64,000 nucleotides of DNA from Adineta vaga (taxonomy: Eukaryota; Animalia; Rotifera): assembly GCA_021613535.1 (NCBI GenBank), contig CP075496.1:11718001-11782000 (forward strand). The letters run 5' to 3'. The notes under the pieces were generated by a model. That model was not told the origin of the DNA and did no database searches. It saw only the letters and a program-made list of their open reading frames with translations. The translations under genes and the position numbers were made by a program. The number at the start of each line of letters is the position of its first letter. The first letter of the stretch is position 1. Of the stretch, positions 12,853-28,195 are shown piece after piece.

Positions 12853-15154
12853 ATTAACATGGCGATTCTCCTTTATTAATTTTGAAAAAAAACTAGAAAT
12901 TCGAAAGGAAAAGTCAGCTAATAATCAAAAGTAATCTTTAAAAAGTTAGTTAATGATGTATGACAACGTCGTGCAAGTCTATAAAATCTTGTAATCGTGT
13001 GATGTGGTTGAAAGCGCGCATCTTTTAATGATCTTCCTTGAAACTATCCTCTTATCGATAATGATGTCTATATATCTTTACTATTAATGTTATTGTGAAT
13101 AAAAGAAAATATAAAAGAGGAAAAGGAGACAGACAGAAAGAGAGATAGAGAGAGAGGGACTATTAACAGCATATCATCCGTCATAAAAGTAACAATGAAT
13201 GACGAGTTCCGTATTCATATACGTTTTTTTTCTTCTTCGCAACTGACATTCAGTCATACATAAGAAATCTTACCGTAAGACAAAGAAAAACTACACTATG
13301 TCGATTAACATCCTTGTTAGACGAACAAACGATTACCCGTCATAGTTTTACATATAAAGATCAAGATATTGCTCTTCTTCTTCTTCTTCTTCTAGTTCCA
13401 AACAAACTATCATCGTACGTAAGCTTCTATCTAAATGAGACATGCAAACAAAAAAAATTCTTTGTTTCTTTTTCTTCTAATAATATTAAACTAGTGATGC
13501 GAAAGAACAAGTGAAATCTTTCTCTTCCTTTCTTTCTTTGGATCATCACAATTGTTTATTAGAGAACTATCTGCAAGAAAGTCTCGGCTGTATAGAAAAT
13601 GCTTCAAGGAAAATTTTCTTTTTTAATACTTATATGTTGAAATAATAAAAGGCTCAAAGAAAAAGCTTTTGACAATCTCGTAAGTTACTCTATTCAGTTG
13701 AATGCATTACCAGTTTAGTAATAGAAATAAACTTGTTTTTATCGTTTGTTATTTCTATAAATTCATGCAATGATAAGAATTAGAGAAAGGAGAATTTTTC
13801 TTTTCTTTCGAAGTAATATTAAAAAGAGCTTTACAAAAGACGAAGAAGAAGAAGGAAAATGAGATTTGTAGTCTTTCTGGGCTATATCTATCATTCAATG
13901 TACCGAAAGCGGATAATGTCTACTATTAAAAATGTGAGTAAAAAAACATCACTTTGTTTCATTACTTTTATGATGTCAGAACAAGTTGCATTTCACATTG
14001 AGTTATGAACTATCAAACAAATAAAAAAAACATTGTCATGCGAATTTTATGTATCATAAATGACTAAAATGCATTACGCATGAAATGTTCATTAATACAT
14101 TTGATATACTCAAAGAAAAGGATGGATTTATATATATATACATACATTCAACTAAGATCTAAACGGTAGATTTCATGTCCATTATTAAGAAAATTGACAT
14201 TGAACTATGTTGTGTTTTTATTAGATTAACAAATTAGATATACTGTAAATGTTCTCTGTCTGTCTGTCGATTCACTTCTTTGAATATTGATGTGTATTCA
14301 TGTGAATTTCAAAAGTATAAATAAACGATGAGTAGTATATAATATATATGTATATATCTACTTAAAAGAAAAAAAGATCAAAGAATATATTGTTTCTATT
14401 GAAAGTTTTCATTTTCCAGACAAATTATAAAAAGATCAATGGTTGATTAGAATATTTGCATAAAACACAAAACTTCTTCAACAATGATTAATTCGTTATT
14501 GTTACTTCTTCCAATTTCATTTTTTGAAATTTTAGAAATTTACTTTTTCTGATAATGATGTTTATTTCTTGCGCAATGGTATAGTGCTCATATTACTCTC
14601 TCTCTCTCAAATGATTATATGTCTTCGTTGCACCTTCTTTTATATGTGTCGCCTTCATCTGAACGATACGATATAGGACACAAGCAATGTGTATAAATGA
14701 CAAATCGTTCTGTCATTCTCTCTTTCTCCCATTATACAAATGAACTCACACAGTTATCTTGACTTCATCGCTGTGCTATACTTCACTTAACTCAAATCAT
14801 TTTTTATTCTGCTTACAATGAGTTGTAGGAATATATATGAATTGATGGGACTGACAGAATCGATTGAACAATCGAGCGACCAACAATTATGCACACATAT
14901 ATGTCCTATGGAACAACGAAAAGAAGGAGAACTTATATAAATGTCCTCTCTGTCTCTTTCTCCGTTTTTTCTCTCTCTCCCTCTCTCTCTTCCCCTCTCT
15001 CCTATGTACATGTGGTTACCTAGCATTCGATGGTATACATACACATATATACACATCCGATATCGTCGCACGTTCATATTCATCCATATTTCATTTCTTT
15101 TCAAACTCACAAATCTGTTCATCAACAATTGTTCATCGTTACTACTCGATTTGA

Positions 15155-16443
15155 ATGTATAAAAAATCAATAACTCGTATTGAAAAAGAAAATGAAAGTA
15201 GTCAAACTGAACTAAGCAATCCAGTTTTGCAAGATATAATAGCAACAAATCATGTAGTCTTATCAAAGGTAAAACAAAAACAAAGATAATTCGATTACTT
15301 ATTGTAAATTCTATGATTTTGTTTTTCTTTTTGTAGAAATCACATGAAGAACGATTATCACGCGCATGTAAAGCAGTTATAATTATGATTATTCTTGGAC
15401 TTATTTCAATTGGTGTTATTATATTAACAGTAGTTCTAGCACGTAAGTTTTTGTTCTTCTAATGATTATCTAATCGAATAGTCAGTTAATATCAATGGAG
15501 ACTTTTTTTGCTCATACTTGAACTGAAGATTTATATTTATATAGTCAGAATCATAAAATAAGATTTCATAATCAAGAATCGTAGGAGAAAATGATTGACA
15601 GTTGAAAACGTTTTGTTTTAGAAAAGAAATATCAACTTTTAATCATATTTATTTTAGATTCTCGTAATAGTCTTATGGCTATTGTTTCACGATCTCTTGA
15701 AACAAATTTTTCTCAAATATCAAATAATACTCGATTACTTTTTCTACCTAAAGAAAGTCAGTATATAATTAGATATTTTTGTTTCTCTTATTCATTTTAT
15801 TTTTGATTATCTTTATTGATACAGATCTCACAACAATAAGTAATGAACAACGAGAAAATGAAAATTGGCGAAAGACTACCGTCAGTTTGACAAGTTATAA
15901 TTTACCTATGTTAACAACTGCAAATGTTCATATATCATCATCGTCATCGATAATGAGAACGGAACAACAAAATGAATATACATCTCATCCTACCTCAACG
16001 ATAAAATCTTCTATATCAACGAATAAGATCACGAATGAACAAACAGTAACAAAATATATTCGACAAACAACTGATACATCTAAAGTTGATCTTTCTACGA
16101 TTATTCAATCAACAGAAGAATTAATAACAACAATGAAAAGTCAAGAACATCTTTCGTCAACTTCCAATAATCTAGATACAAGTATTATTGATAGCACTTC
16201 AACATTAGGTAATCACACATTTACATTTCCTATCTTTTCATTTAATTTTTCTTTAATATAGTTTCGAATACAATAACGTCATCAACGCCTGAAGAAACGT
16301 CATTTATTGCTTTTATAAGTCGTCATTTTAATATTGAATCATCAACAATGACTATGAACCAACAAACTCAAACAACTGGATTGATGGATAAACTTCGAGC
16401 GAATATAGAAGATGATGTTATACATGACCTTCTATTTTCCTAA
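15155..16443 (+). CDS. Type II single-pass membrane protein with Ser/Thr-rich mucin-like ectodomain, orphan
   Basis: Five exons with canonical junctions: MYKKSITRIEKE.., TM AVIIMIILGLISIGVIILTVVLA, an S/T-rich region (ORF 15779..16261), ending DDVIHDLLFS with TAA at 16441-16443. Confidence 0.7.
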
Positions 16444-18929
16444 CAAATCTTTCATTAGCGAGTGCAGTGCACAAATCTTCTTCTTCTTTTTCGTTTTTTT
16501 TTCGAATTTAAATAGCCAATGATGATCAAAAGTAGAATCAAATATGTATTACAAATGTGTCATTTCTTTAAATTAAAGTTAAGAAGAATTCCGAGAAAAA
16601 GAAAATGTTAATCAAAATAATTTCCAGTCTTTGTCTTTTTCCTAACCACATTAAAAAGAAATGTAATATTTCAAATTGAAATGTTCTGTAAAAAAAAGAT
16701 TGACGGTAGGATATAATTCATAATGAAATGTTAAATCGGGTAGAAAGAATAAAAAAAGTTCTTGTAAATATTCAAGGATATTGACTAAAGATTATTGACC
16801 GTGAAATAATAATTTAGTGCATGTTTTTCTTAGTATCTTCTTACTATAATACAATGATAAGATAAAGATATATTGAATTTCTCTATTTTGATCTAAATCT
16901 TGATCAAAAGAATTCGATCGATTGTACAGGAGATAATAACTGTTCTTTCAAATTGAACGTCTTTATAATTATTCTTTACGTTAAAATAATAAATAATTTT
17001 AACAAAAAGAAAACAGTGAATACTTCTATCAAGTATAATGTCGTTTCTTTTTTCGTCACCTTGAATAAAGTTGAAATTCGAGTGATATTTGTATTTCTCC
17101 TTTTTCTTTTTCATTAACAGAAGTTTTACTGACATTTTTTTTCATATTTTTTCTACTCAGCATAATTACATTTTATTTCTTTTTTTTTCTTCATTTGAAG
17201 TACTTAGCAAAGAAATTTGCATGAAATAATAATGTCGAAGGCAATCGTTATTAAACATTAAAGAAATAAACGATCATAAAAATATATCCAATTGAAAGCA
17301 TTTATTTTATCGACTAAACAAGGTCATCAATTCGTGAGTTTACTTGACGATTTCAAGCTTATTATATTATACAGGATTTGTTCAATAAAGAAATTTGATA
17401 TAGAGAAATAGTTCATGAAAGTCGAGAGGAATAAAACCGTTTCTATAGTCTTAAGCATTTTTCTTTTTCAAAGAAGATAATGACCATGACCTTGTTATAT
17501 ATATGATTACGCCACCATCTATTTCCAGTTCTGAGTTATATAATCATTTTCTCTCCTATTGGACCCGTTTCATGTTCAGTTGATTTGTGATAGAATGAAA
17601 GAAATAAGATAGATTGTTTCTATCGTCATGTTTAACATTTACATATATATATATGTGCTGAATTTCTTCGTCTAGTTTCTTGCTCTTTCTTTTCCTTTCG
17701 TTTACATTATTCCCCCAGAATATATTCTAGATAAAGAAGTATTGTGAAGAAAGTAAAAAGAAAAAATTGACAAAATAGGCAGAGAATTTGTGCTTTGTGA
17801 TGTTTTAGAAACGTCTACTGCATGTAATCGTTCATCATTTGGTTATATGTTTATCGTTGTCGTCACATAGAATTTGTCTGAATATTATTAATTCCGTTGT
17901 CAGTGTGTGTGTATGTGTGAGTATGAAAAAAACCTTGACTTACAGGCACCCTTTGTATTTTATGATCTAATTGCCAGAAATAAAAAGTGTTTGTCGACAG
18001 TGAACACGCACATTTTATTTATTTAGTTTTTGTAATAAAGGAAAGATGTGATTGTATATAGAGGAGAATTTGAGAATAAAATAGTGATTAGAATAATAAT
18101 TACTTGATCAATAGATTTGATTTCATAATCTTTTGCTTTTTAAAAGATATATTTTCTATTCGTAATGACTGTATTATATTCATTAGATAGTATCGTTAGT
18201 CAACAATGATTTTTATTTGATTCCAAACATTATCACCACATGTCACTTCATTGTTCTGATAAAGAGAAAATGACGGTGTTAGAATGTAATATAAAACTAC
18301 CATCTGTGGTGGTTCTTCTTTTTCTTCTTCTTTTCTTTCTTTGAATAATTTTTTTTTCTACTTTTACAATATTCATATCATTGTGGTTTTGTCACAAAAA
18401 TATAACAGAGAACAGAATACTATGCAAATGATCTTTGCCCCTTATACCTCAATAAAATTTTAATATTATCTGATACATGAAACTACTTATCTATTTACTT
18501 TTTCATTTTCATTTTGCACGTAATAAGATCCATACACTTGATTGCGCAAGAATAGAACAACGATGAATGAAGGTTAAACTATTACTTCCCTTCTTGTCCT
18601 TCAGTTATGCATTGTCTCATCCTTTCCACTGATTACACTGGATACGGATCAATAAATTGTCTAAATACTGTTCATGTATTGAACGTATTTTATTCTCTTC
18701 TCTTTCCTATTTCTTAGAAACAAAGATTTTATATACATATATTGCAGGTAATTCGATAGGTTTATGATTTTTTTCTCTTTTCTTTCGAATACGAAAGGAT
18801 ACAGAGTAAAATTTTGAATGAAATGAAATAATCTCATTCTATCTTTGATTTTTTTTCTCCTAGGTTTGAGTACATATTTTAGACAAATATATTTATCCAA
18901 TTGAACTATTCTTCGATTGTATTTAAAAC

Positions 18930-21310
18930 ATGGCGGCCAAACAAATCTTGAAAAAGAAACATTTAGAAGAAGAAGAAGAATTAGCTAAATTAAAGAAACT
19001 CGATGATCAAACAGAATATGAGTACGTCACGATACCACCTGATGGAGGCTTTGGTTGGGTCGTAGCATTTGCAGCTATGGTATTAAATTTGATTTCGATT
19101 ATATATATTAATGATTTATTCATTTTCTATTCAGTTATGTAATCTTGTGTGTGATGGTACTTTATTCGCTTTTGGTACAATGAAAATTCATCTACAAACT
19201 CATTTTAAATGTTCGGATATGTTGATTTTAATGGTTGGCTCAGTTCCATGCGGTGTTTATTTATTAGTCGGTTAGTATGATTAAGAATGAATCAAAAATG
19301 AATACGGATATTTAACCTCTTGAAAATTTTAGGTCCAATCGTCTCAGGTCTATCTAACAGATATGGTTGTCGACCGATAATTATTATTGGAAGTATTGGT
19401 GCAGCAACTTGTATGGTTTTATCGACTCTATCGCCAAATGTTTGGGTAATGATGATAGTCTACGGTGTTTTTGGTGGTATTTTTTTCGGCATGGTTTATC
19501 TTCCGTATGTACAATAGTGTTCGATAAATAAAACACAAATAACTATCAATTCATATTTAGATCTGTTGTTATGGTCTCATTTTATTTTGATAAAAAACGA
19601 TCAATTGCCAATGGTAGAACTATCTTTCGTTGTAATGTTTTCTTTCATTACATATTCTTTTGTCCTAGGTTTGGTAACTGCTGGTACAGGTATTGGTGCA
19701 CTGTCGTTTGGTCCATTAGCAGATTTTCTTATGACAAAATTTGGTTGGAAACCTGGCATGCTCATATTTGCTGGTATCATGTTGACATGTATTTTATTTG
19801 GAGCAATCATGCGTCCATTAAAACCACAAAAAGTACCTGTCAAACGAGATATTGAATTACAGTAAATATTGAAATACGTTTTTGCGTAAAACCGAATTTA
19901 TGTGTTTGAATATTTATAGATCACCTGTTAAAACTTTAAAATACAAAAATGAACATTCATCAAACACTCCTGCCACTCTCAAAAATGCAGATGAAACACA
20001 TGAAGTAAAGTTTGAAAACTTTTCTAATTTAAATACACATGTTCTTCTTCTTTCACTAGGTACTGTTACCTAAAGCTGATGAATCAGCACGTATCAGTAA
20101 TCCAGCTACAGTACCTAGTAGTGATACTATATCAAATGAAATTCCTGCTGTTACAACAATTGATAACTCATCAAGTCCATTGAATCAATCTTCGCGTAAT
20201 CGTACAATATCATCATCAAGTCAAGCATCTGCTGGTAGTGGTGACCAACGTCGAGTTGGTGTTGCTAATCCTGAAGATGCTTCTCGACCACTCTATAAAA
20301 AAGATGCATTTGTTTCTGGTTCAGTCCAACAACTTCATCATTCATCTCGAACATCGTTAAATAAAATTAATCCATATGTATCATCGGTAACAAATATTCC
20401 AGCAGCAATAACTGAAGAAAAAAAGAAAGATTCAGCTGTGAAAGCATTTATTGATATTCTTGGAGCAATGACAGATTTTTCAATCCTAAAAAATAAACAA
20501 ATGCTATTGATTTGCATTGGAAATATTTTCTCAATGCTTGGTTATTATCTACCAATTATGTGCTTAGTTTCATTTGCTATTGAAGATCTTAAAGTTGAAC
20601 AAGCACGTGCTTCACTTTTACTAACAATTTTCGGTATTTAAAACAAAGAAAAAGAACCTAATCATTATATTGAATTATTATGTGTTGATTTTTAGGTTTT
20701 TTTAATACAATTGGTCGATTTGCTGGTGGACCTATTGCTATGATACCACATTTAAACGCATTACGTGTTCATAATGCATTATTATTTACAGCTGGTATTT
20801 TAACTGTTTTAGCAGCATATGCATATAATTTTACAACTTGTGCAATCTATGCTGGTCTATGTGGATTTGCTATTGGTAATAAATATTGATTGGATTTAGT
20901 TGAATCTTTTGAATAAATGAATGTTCATTTTTTTCTAGCACCTCATATGTCTTTATTACCAAGTGTAATTTATGATTGTGTTGGTCTTGATCGTTATACA
21001 ACTGCTTTTGGTATACTGTTTCTATTTCGTGGTGTCACATCAATCATTGGTCCACCTGCTGCCGGTTTGTTTTCAGAAAAAAATTTCTTTCGTGATTTTG
21101 TTTTTCTTCTTCTTTGTTTCAATAGGTTTTCTTAAAGATCATACAAAAAAATATGATATGGCTTTTGCGATCGGAGGGGCAATGATAATTATTGCTGCAT
21201 TTTTCCATTTCTGCATTGTATGCTTTCCATCTGATCGGCAAGCTGAAAAAGAAAAAGAAGAAAGAGAAGAAGAAGAAGAAATACAACGAAAAAATAAACT
21301 TGATGTTTAG
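18930..21310 (+). CDS. Monocarboxylate transporter, SLC16/MFS family
   Basis: Signature PPDGGFGWVV, GPIVSGLSNRYGCR, YFDKKRSIANG, large central loop with RPLYKKDAF, and GPPAAG in the C-terminal half. Multi-exon. Confidence 0.95.
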
Positions 21311-21608
21311 ATAATTTTTCTTTTGCCTTATTCGATTTTTTTTCTCTCGATTTATTTTTTAGTCTGTCTTTCAAATTTATCTTTTGCTTTTTTTCACCTG
21401 AGAATGATTCTGCTTTTCCCGTTTATTTATCAATTAATTTTAGTTTATTTCCTTCTTTTTTTTTTAAACTGTGATATTGGTCATTTTCTTTTAGTTTGTA
21501 AAATCCATTTGCAGATATCAGGTTATCAATAAAGTAACAGAGAAAACAACAAATGATTGAACTTTTTTCATCGAAATTTTTCAAAAGAAAAGATAAATAC
21601 ATATATAA

Positions 21609-23545
21609 TCACATAGATTCAATATTGAATGTTGTTTTTTTTATATTAGCTGAGACAGACGATGTTATATCACCGTTATTCGTTTGTTTTTTGGATCTTT
21701 TTCGATTGGATTTCGTTATCATTGGAACTTCGATGGATGCCGAATCAATTGTTTGCAATGATATTGTTCTTGTCGTATTCGTCAACTGTTTCGATATCGA
21801 AGGACGATTAAGACAACATTGTGTAAATAATTTGACAAATTCTCGACGAAAATCTTGTCCACTTAATGTATATAAGATGAAATTCATCGCATGTTTTGTA
21901 TACCACAAAGCTTCACAAACATCAATGAGCCATTGAGCATTCGGCGGTTCACTAAGTCCTTTTGCACTATTAAGACTATCGGACTTTTTCTCATTGGATT
22001 TTTTAATTGAATAAATAATTTTATTTACACATATAAATATAACTGATGGACAAGTTAAACCAATAAATGCTAGAGTAACTGATAAAAGCATAATTGTTAA
22101 ACGTTGATGACGACGATGAGAATGTTTACGATGTTGACGTATTCGACGATTTGTTCGCATTGTATACACAATAATACCAATATTTGTAAAACAAAGAAGA
22201 AAAAATGGAATGACAGCAACAAGTAAAATATCAAAGATAGGAATATAAGTCCCAAAGAATCGTTCGAAACCATCACGTGGAATACATACAAAAATGAAAT
22301 CGAGTTTTCGTTGAACAGTATGAGGAAATGTGGAATTTTCTGATAAATTATTATCAAGATTTTGTGATTCATTTAATAGCTGGTATTGTTGATCAGCTGA
22401 ACGAAATTGATGGCTCGGTAGTTTAAGACCTAATTAATTAAAAAGAAAAAAAAAGAAATATATGGCATACATAAATATTCAGATTTTAATCTTAAATAAA
22501 TGATTAGATCACATGAGATTTGACTGAAGAATAGAATGAGTATGGAACGTTTCAGATTGGATTGACAATATTATCAGGCACATAGAGGATTTATTTGAAG
22601 CAAAAAAAAAGAAAGTGACAGCGAGTTTAAGATATTTTTGCCTTTGTTAATCATGCGAAAATGTCACTTTCATGATTTCTTTTTTCTATTTCGTTCTATT
22701 TCATAAAAATGATTTCCTTAAAAACTAACTAATAATTCAATGAAATTCTCATGCTTCAATCATTGTACGTACCATAAATCCGTCAAATATAAAAACAATG
22801 GTTTCAAGTACATAGAAATACATTTCCCCCGAACGGAAATAGTTTCTTTTCATTTTACTTTTTCAATCAAGCGAAAATATACCGATAATTTTTGAAAGTA
22901 ATTGATTAACTCGTCAATATTTTATCGTCAGTACAAATATATAAGGCTACATTTATGTTAATGAGTAAACATTCATCAGTAAAATTAGTTTGATGCTTTT
23001 TTTTTCTTGGTCTCGTAAATATGAAAGAAGAACTTACCAAGTATATAGAAATAATAAAGATTACATAAAACAACAATAGCAATAAGTATACTTGTTGAAC
23101 ATAAAACTCGATTAGCAGCAGAACTTTGTCGTCGATAACGACTTGTTACTATTAAATATCGATCGAAACTCACGATAACCAATATCCATGATGCCATATG
23201 AGCAAGTGCCGAAGAAGAAAATGTTAAAATACGACAAATCCATTGTGAAATATTATAGATTGATTTAGCACGAAATAATTTAGTAATATGTTTACTTGAA
23301 CGCATGAAAATAAAGAGAATATCAATAACAGCAAGTATAGCTAAATATTGACATGTTGAATTTTTGAAAAACTTTTTACTTAACAATACACGTAAACATA
23401 AAGCATTACCAATTGTTCCCCAAATAAGTAAACATGGATAGAAAACTCGAACAAGAAAATAACGTAGATCAGCTATCGATAATATCTCATCGTTTTGATA
23501 AGTTTCATCATTAATAACTGTGAAATTTTCTATCATCAAATCCAT
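21609..23545 (-). CDS. Class A peptide-receptor-type GPCR (FMRFamide/sex-peptide-receptor-like superfamily), two coding exons
   Basis: Exon 1 23545-23038 (WGTIGN, LAVID, ICR, SWILVIVSFDRY). A 608-nt intron. Exon 2 22429-21609 (AVIPF..TN, RLTIMLL, TCP, HAMNFILYTLSGQDFRRE). Confidence 0.9.
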
Positions 23546-24279
23546 GATTATCTAATCATATTTAGTCATAGAAAATTTTCAATAAATCTAAAATTCAATA
23601 GATTTTCTAATAAGACTATATATATATATTCATATTAGATGAACATGAACTTTTGCTTTTTAGTCTTTTTCATATGTAAATTAAGAAATAAATCTACTTA
23701 CATTATTGAACATATAGAAATCATAGCAATACGAATGTCATGTCTTCTGACCTTTGCAGAATCACGTTCTCATACAAACAAAATCATTCGTTAATATAAT
23801 TTACGAAACGAAATCGGATGCATAGCATTCATATTGGAAAATCCAAGAATGCAATCAACGATCGAACAGACAGACTGTTAAAACAGTTTTCAAGCAGAAA
23901 GGAAGAACTTTGATTATGATAAATATATCTAAAAAAAGAAGAAAAAAATGTTCCTCTCTAACACTACGCCTTCATTTTAATACAATAATACTGAAAGTGT
24001 ATTTGAAAAAAGAAAAGTAGAAAGAAAAGAATAGTTAATATTGAAAAATAAAAGCGACGAAGAAGAAATACTTTTTTCTTGTGTTAAATAATAAACCATA
24101 CATTAATAATTCTCGTTTTCAGTTTTTCTTTTATATGCGATACGACACAGAAGAATTCTCAAAAAGAAGATTAGGTTATGTAGTAATCGTACGATTAAGA
24201 CTAATGTAAGTAACATGGAAAAGATATGGTGATTAACATGAATTTAATGTTTATTGATTACAAGTATTTAATCATTTTT

Positions 24280-24316
<37 letters not shown>

Positions 24317-26159
24317 AGAAAACAAACTTTCTCGTTGAAATGTTCTCCTACTTTCTAATTTAAAATAATAGTCATGCAAGGTTAGAAGAACAGAGAACGG
24401 AAATTCTTCTATTTTTCTTCTGAGAAATAATTTAGAAGAGATTTGTTTGTTTCGAGGTATTCTAGAGAAGTTTTCCTTCGATTACATGATTAAAATAGGA
24501 TGTTTTGTATATATATATATGAAAGAGAAAACACATCCTACGCGGGAAATCAAATGTTCCATCTAATTATTTAATTAACTAAATCTCATTTGATGAAACT
24601 AAGCTTCTTTTCGATAATTAATTTCGTAATCATAAGCATTATCTGTAAGTACGAAGACCTTATGTTTACTTGAATGAAATTTCGAAATATTCATATTAAA
24701 CACTTCTTCCTGGGAAAGTTAGCTCTCAAAGAAATTGATCATGTGTTAAGATAATCATCATAAAAGAACTTGCTTAGATAGATAGATTAGTAGATGATGA
24801 ATTTAGTTGAAAAGATAGTGATGTAAATCTATTTGAGCTAGTAACTGTGGCTCGAGTCAATCTAGATATTGTGTTTTCTCTTCTTTTTCTTTTGTCTCTC
24901 TTCTTCACTTGCTGACAAAACTAGAGAACTGATTAAAGCAAGAAAAGAGAAATCCCAAGAAGAAACGCAAAAAATGAAGAGGTGGAGACACAAAATAGAA
25001 AAAGAGAAAGAGATAGAGAGGGAAAAAAAGTAACTAAAAGAAGAAATAATGACCATAATGTCAATGTTTATGAAGCTGATGACGATCAGAGTTTAAACTG
25101 ATAAAGTAAACAATAATTAGTAATTAGTTCTTTTTTTCATTTATGTTGAATATTTTCTATTTCATCATCTAAATAAAGCGAACAATTCATCATTATATCC
25201 TGGAATTAGTTGATTTGAAACAATATATTAAATAACTGTTTAAGTAAGCATAAAGTGCATTCAATATTTCAAAGCAAAAATTAATTCTCGGTTTCTTTGA
25301 AGCTTTTTTCTTTTTTTTTTCAAAAAAAAAGAAGAAGATAAAACAGTTTCTATTTTCATGTCTTTTTTATTTATCTTGTCAACACGTCAATCATGATGTT
25401 TGATAGAGCTGGAACGCATTTATTCGAATGAAAGCACTTCTAAGTATTCTTTTTTTATTTGATTATTAAACATGTCTTTTTTTCTATACTGATTCAATTT
25501 TGGTTGTTGTTTTTTTTTCTCATTGAATTGTAAACAACATACTATCTTTGATTTATTTCTTAGATATTCAATAGCTTACTTTCTCTTTCTAAACTTTCCA
25601 ATTCTCATGCTATTTTATTTTCTTCGTTGCATTTCATTTTATTATTAATAAGACTATATGTTTTAAACAAAAGAACAATTCTCTCATGCATATAATGATA
25701 AAGAGTCAATCAGCCGAAAAATCCGTGAAGAAAAAAAGTTCTGACTACTTCACAATAGAACAAGAACATGTTGTATTGTCATTTTCTAAACACGAATCAT
25801 CAAATGAATTTTTTCTGAGAAGAATACAACAAGTATGTTCTAACATCATCGAGATTAGAAATCAATATAGTCTTCATTTTCTTTGGAAGTATTAAGTTGA
25901 ATCAAATTTTGACAGAAAATTAATCACCGACATTGACATCAAAAATTCTATGAAAGAAAAATCTTGACAATAAGACCATTCAGTAGATAATCAATATATA
26001 ATAAACTTTTCTTTTTTATTATGAGATTCTTTAGAAAAAATATTAGTTATTCTAAAAAAAACAATAATTATTAACTACAAAAAAAGAGAAGAAGAAGAAA
26101 AAGACGGAAGCTATTTTTAATCGGTGGAATAATGTTTCACGGACATTTGTTGGAAGATT

Positions 26160-28043
26160 TCATGTCATTTTACCAAGCTCAAATTTTTTAAATAATTCAC
26201 TGGCTGTAAATATAAGTGAATCAAGAATACTTGCAACTGTAAATGAACCACCTACAACAGCACATATCGATGTAAGAAATGTATAAAATTTTTGTCGATG
26301 TTCAGTATATTTAACTGTAATTGGCTAAATCGAAAGAAATAAAAAGATTCGTTTTCAAAACAATTTCAAAGAATTTTACCATAATATCATATCGAAACCA
26401 GATGGCAGGTATATTTGCATGAGCATTGGGATGAAATTCCTTAAAATAGAAAAAAAATGAGATTTTGTCATTCTATGATTATTTGTTCTTATGAAATAGT
26501 ATATAATTATATGAAATTTTTCATCCATGAATTCTCGTTTGACTGTAAAAAGATTCTTTGATCTATCTTAGATGTTCTGTTAAAAAAGGTCATTAGGAGA
26601 AATGAATTGTTTAATGAAACATCATTCAATCTACATAATAATTATTTATGTTTTGACATTGATTATATCTTTTGCTAAAGTCTAAAAATTGATGTGAGCA
26701 AAGTTGATGTTTAGATTAAATATATGAATTTAATTTCAAAAGCATGATGTGAACGATTAAATTTTGTTCTCATATTTGTCAAATACTTCTAAACACTCTA
26801 ATAAGATAAGCACATTATAGAAAAGAAATCGTATGTTTTTTTTTCTACATAAGTAAGGAAATTATCGACATTGTTATTTACATAACATTATGGAAAGTAT
26901 GACTTTAGTCTGTTAGTAAGATTTTGTGTTTATGAGTAAAACATTTCCTGTTTTGGCAGGTTTTCTTAGCTAGAAGAAGTCTATTATTTTTGAGAAATCA
27001 AGCGAAAGACCTTGAATAGTCTGTTATTATATTCTGTTTGAACTTATTTTAATTGATTATACTATTCGAGCTTCACATAAAGGATATAATAAATATATAA
27101 TGCTAAAGAATAAAAGCGTTTTTATGATGATCTAATGTTTTATTCATTCTACTGACCCGATAGAAAAATGTAAATTGAAATGGATATCGTCGATGTTTAG
27201 AACGATCTTCATATATTGTCGGTACAATTTTTAAGGAATAATCATGTGAAGCTAGATTAGGTTGATTTGTATTGTTAAATCGTCTTAATGGACGGAATGC
27301 TTTACGATTAGGAATTTGTCGAAAACCCTTTGGATAGAAATAAATATTTTCATTAGAGAAGATATTAAAAGATATATAGATACTTTAACACTATCACCGA
27401 AGTTTAATTCATGTATCACATGTTTCATATTACCATTTGGAGGTTGACTTTGAGCAGCATGTGTCGAAACATGGAAATTACCGGGCACACGAGCAATTGA
27501 AAATGTTGCGTTGATTCGACAACCAAGACCATCATTATCTGGAGTTTTCATAGTATTTTCATGGAAAGCAAGGTCATGTCGACCGAGATCATCTTGTATA
27601 TCAATACCAAGATCTAAATTATAAAAAAAAAGAAAATTTTCTATTTCGATGAAAAAACCAAAATTCTTTTATTTTCTTACATTGACAACCAATTTCTAAT
27701 ATAGTAATATCAAGATTAACTGGTATTCGTTCAGCTACTCCACTTTCTGGTACATCAACATATAATTCATTTACACTGAAGAGAAAAGTAAACATTATTT
27801 TAGTTTTTCATTCAATATTCTTATTATTTACATATCAGGCGTAATAAAATCATAGAGTTCAATGAGAAGTAATGTCGAAATAAACGAAACACAGATCAGA
27901 GATATAGCAGCACCAGTATTTGTTGGTTGTGTGAGATCTTTAGGAATTTTTCGATAAATATCGAATCTAAATATGTAAAAAAAAAGAAGTAGAAAATGGA
28001 TTAATAGCAAAATAATTGATTACCGTCGTATATCGAATTGCAT
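26160..28043 (-). CDS. ERGIC1: ER-Golgi intermediate compartment protein 1 (ERGIC-32)
   Basis: MQFDIRRFDIYRKIPKDLTQPT, GIDIQDDLGRH, RVPGNFHVSTH, HDYSLKIVPTIYED, PAIWFRYD, CAVVGGSFTVASILDS..ELGKMT. Matches ERGIC1 along its whole length. Confidence 0.95.
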
Positions 28044-28195
28044 ATTTAACAAATCGATCTAGAATAGGAAGGAACTAATGAAGAAAAAAATATGTCATAG
28101 AACGAGAAATACAGTCAAATCAAGAAAAGAAGAAAATAAATCTATTCTGGTTGGTTTTTCTTTCTGTTTATTCTAAATAACTAAAATAAGTTCGA

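Noticed and set aside
14787-15266. Overlapping ORFs rich in ER/LS repeats; similar cases at 676-870, 24862-25056, 48071-48351 and 51779-52156
   Set aside because: Translations of GA/CT-rich promoter or UTR sequence.
24497-24540. Inverted repeat TAGGATG...CATCCTA around a TA run
   Set aside because: Short, imperfect and AT-rich; no support for a miRNA or MITE.
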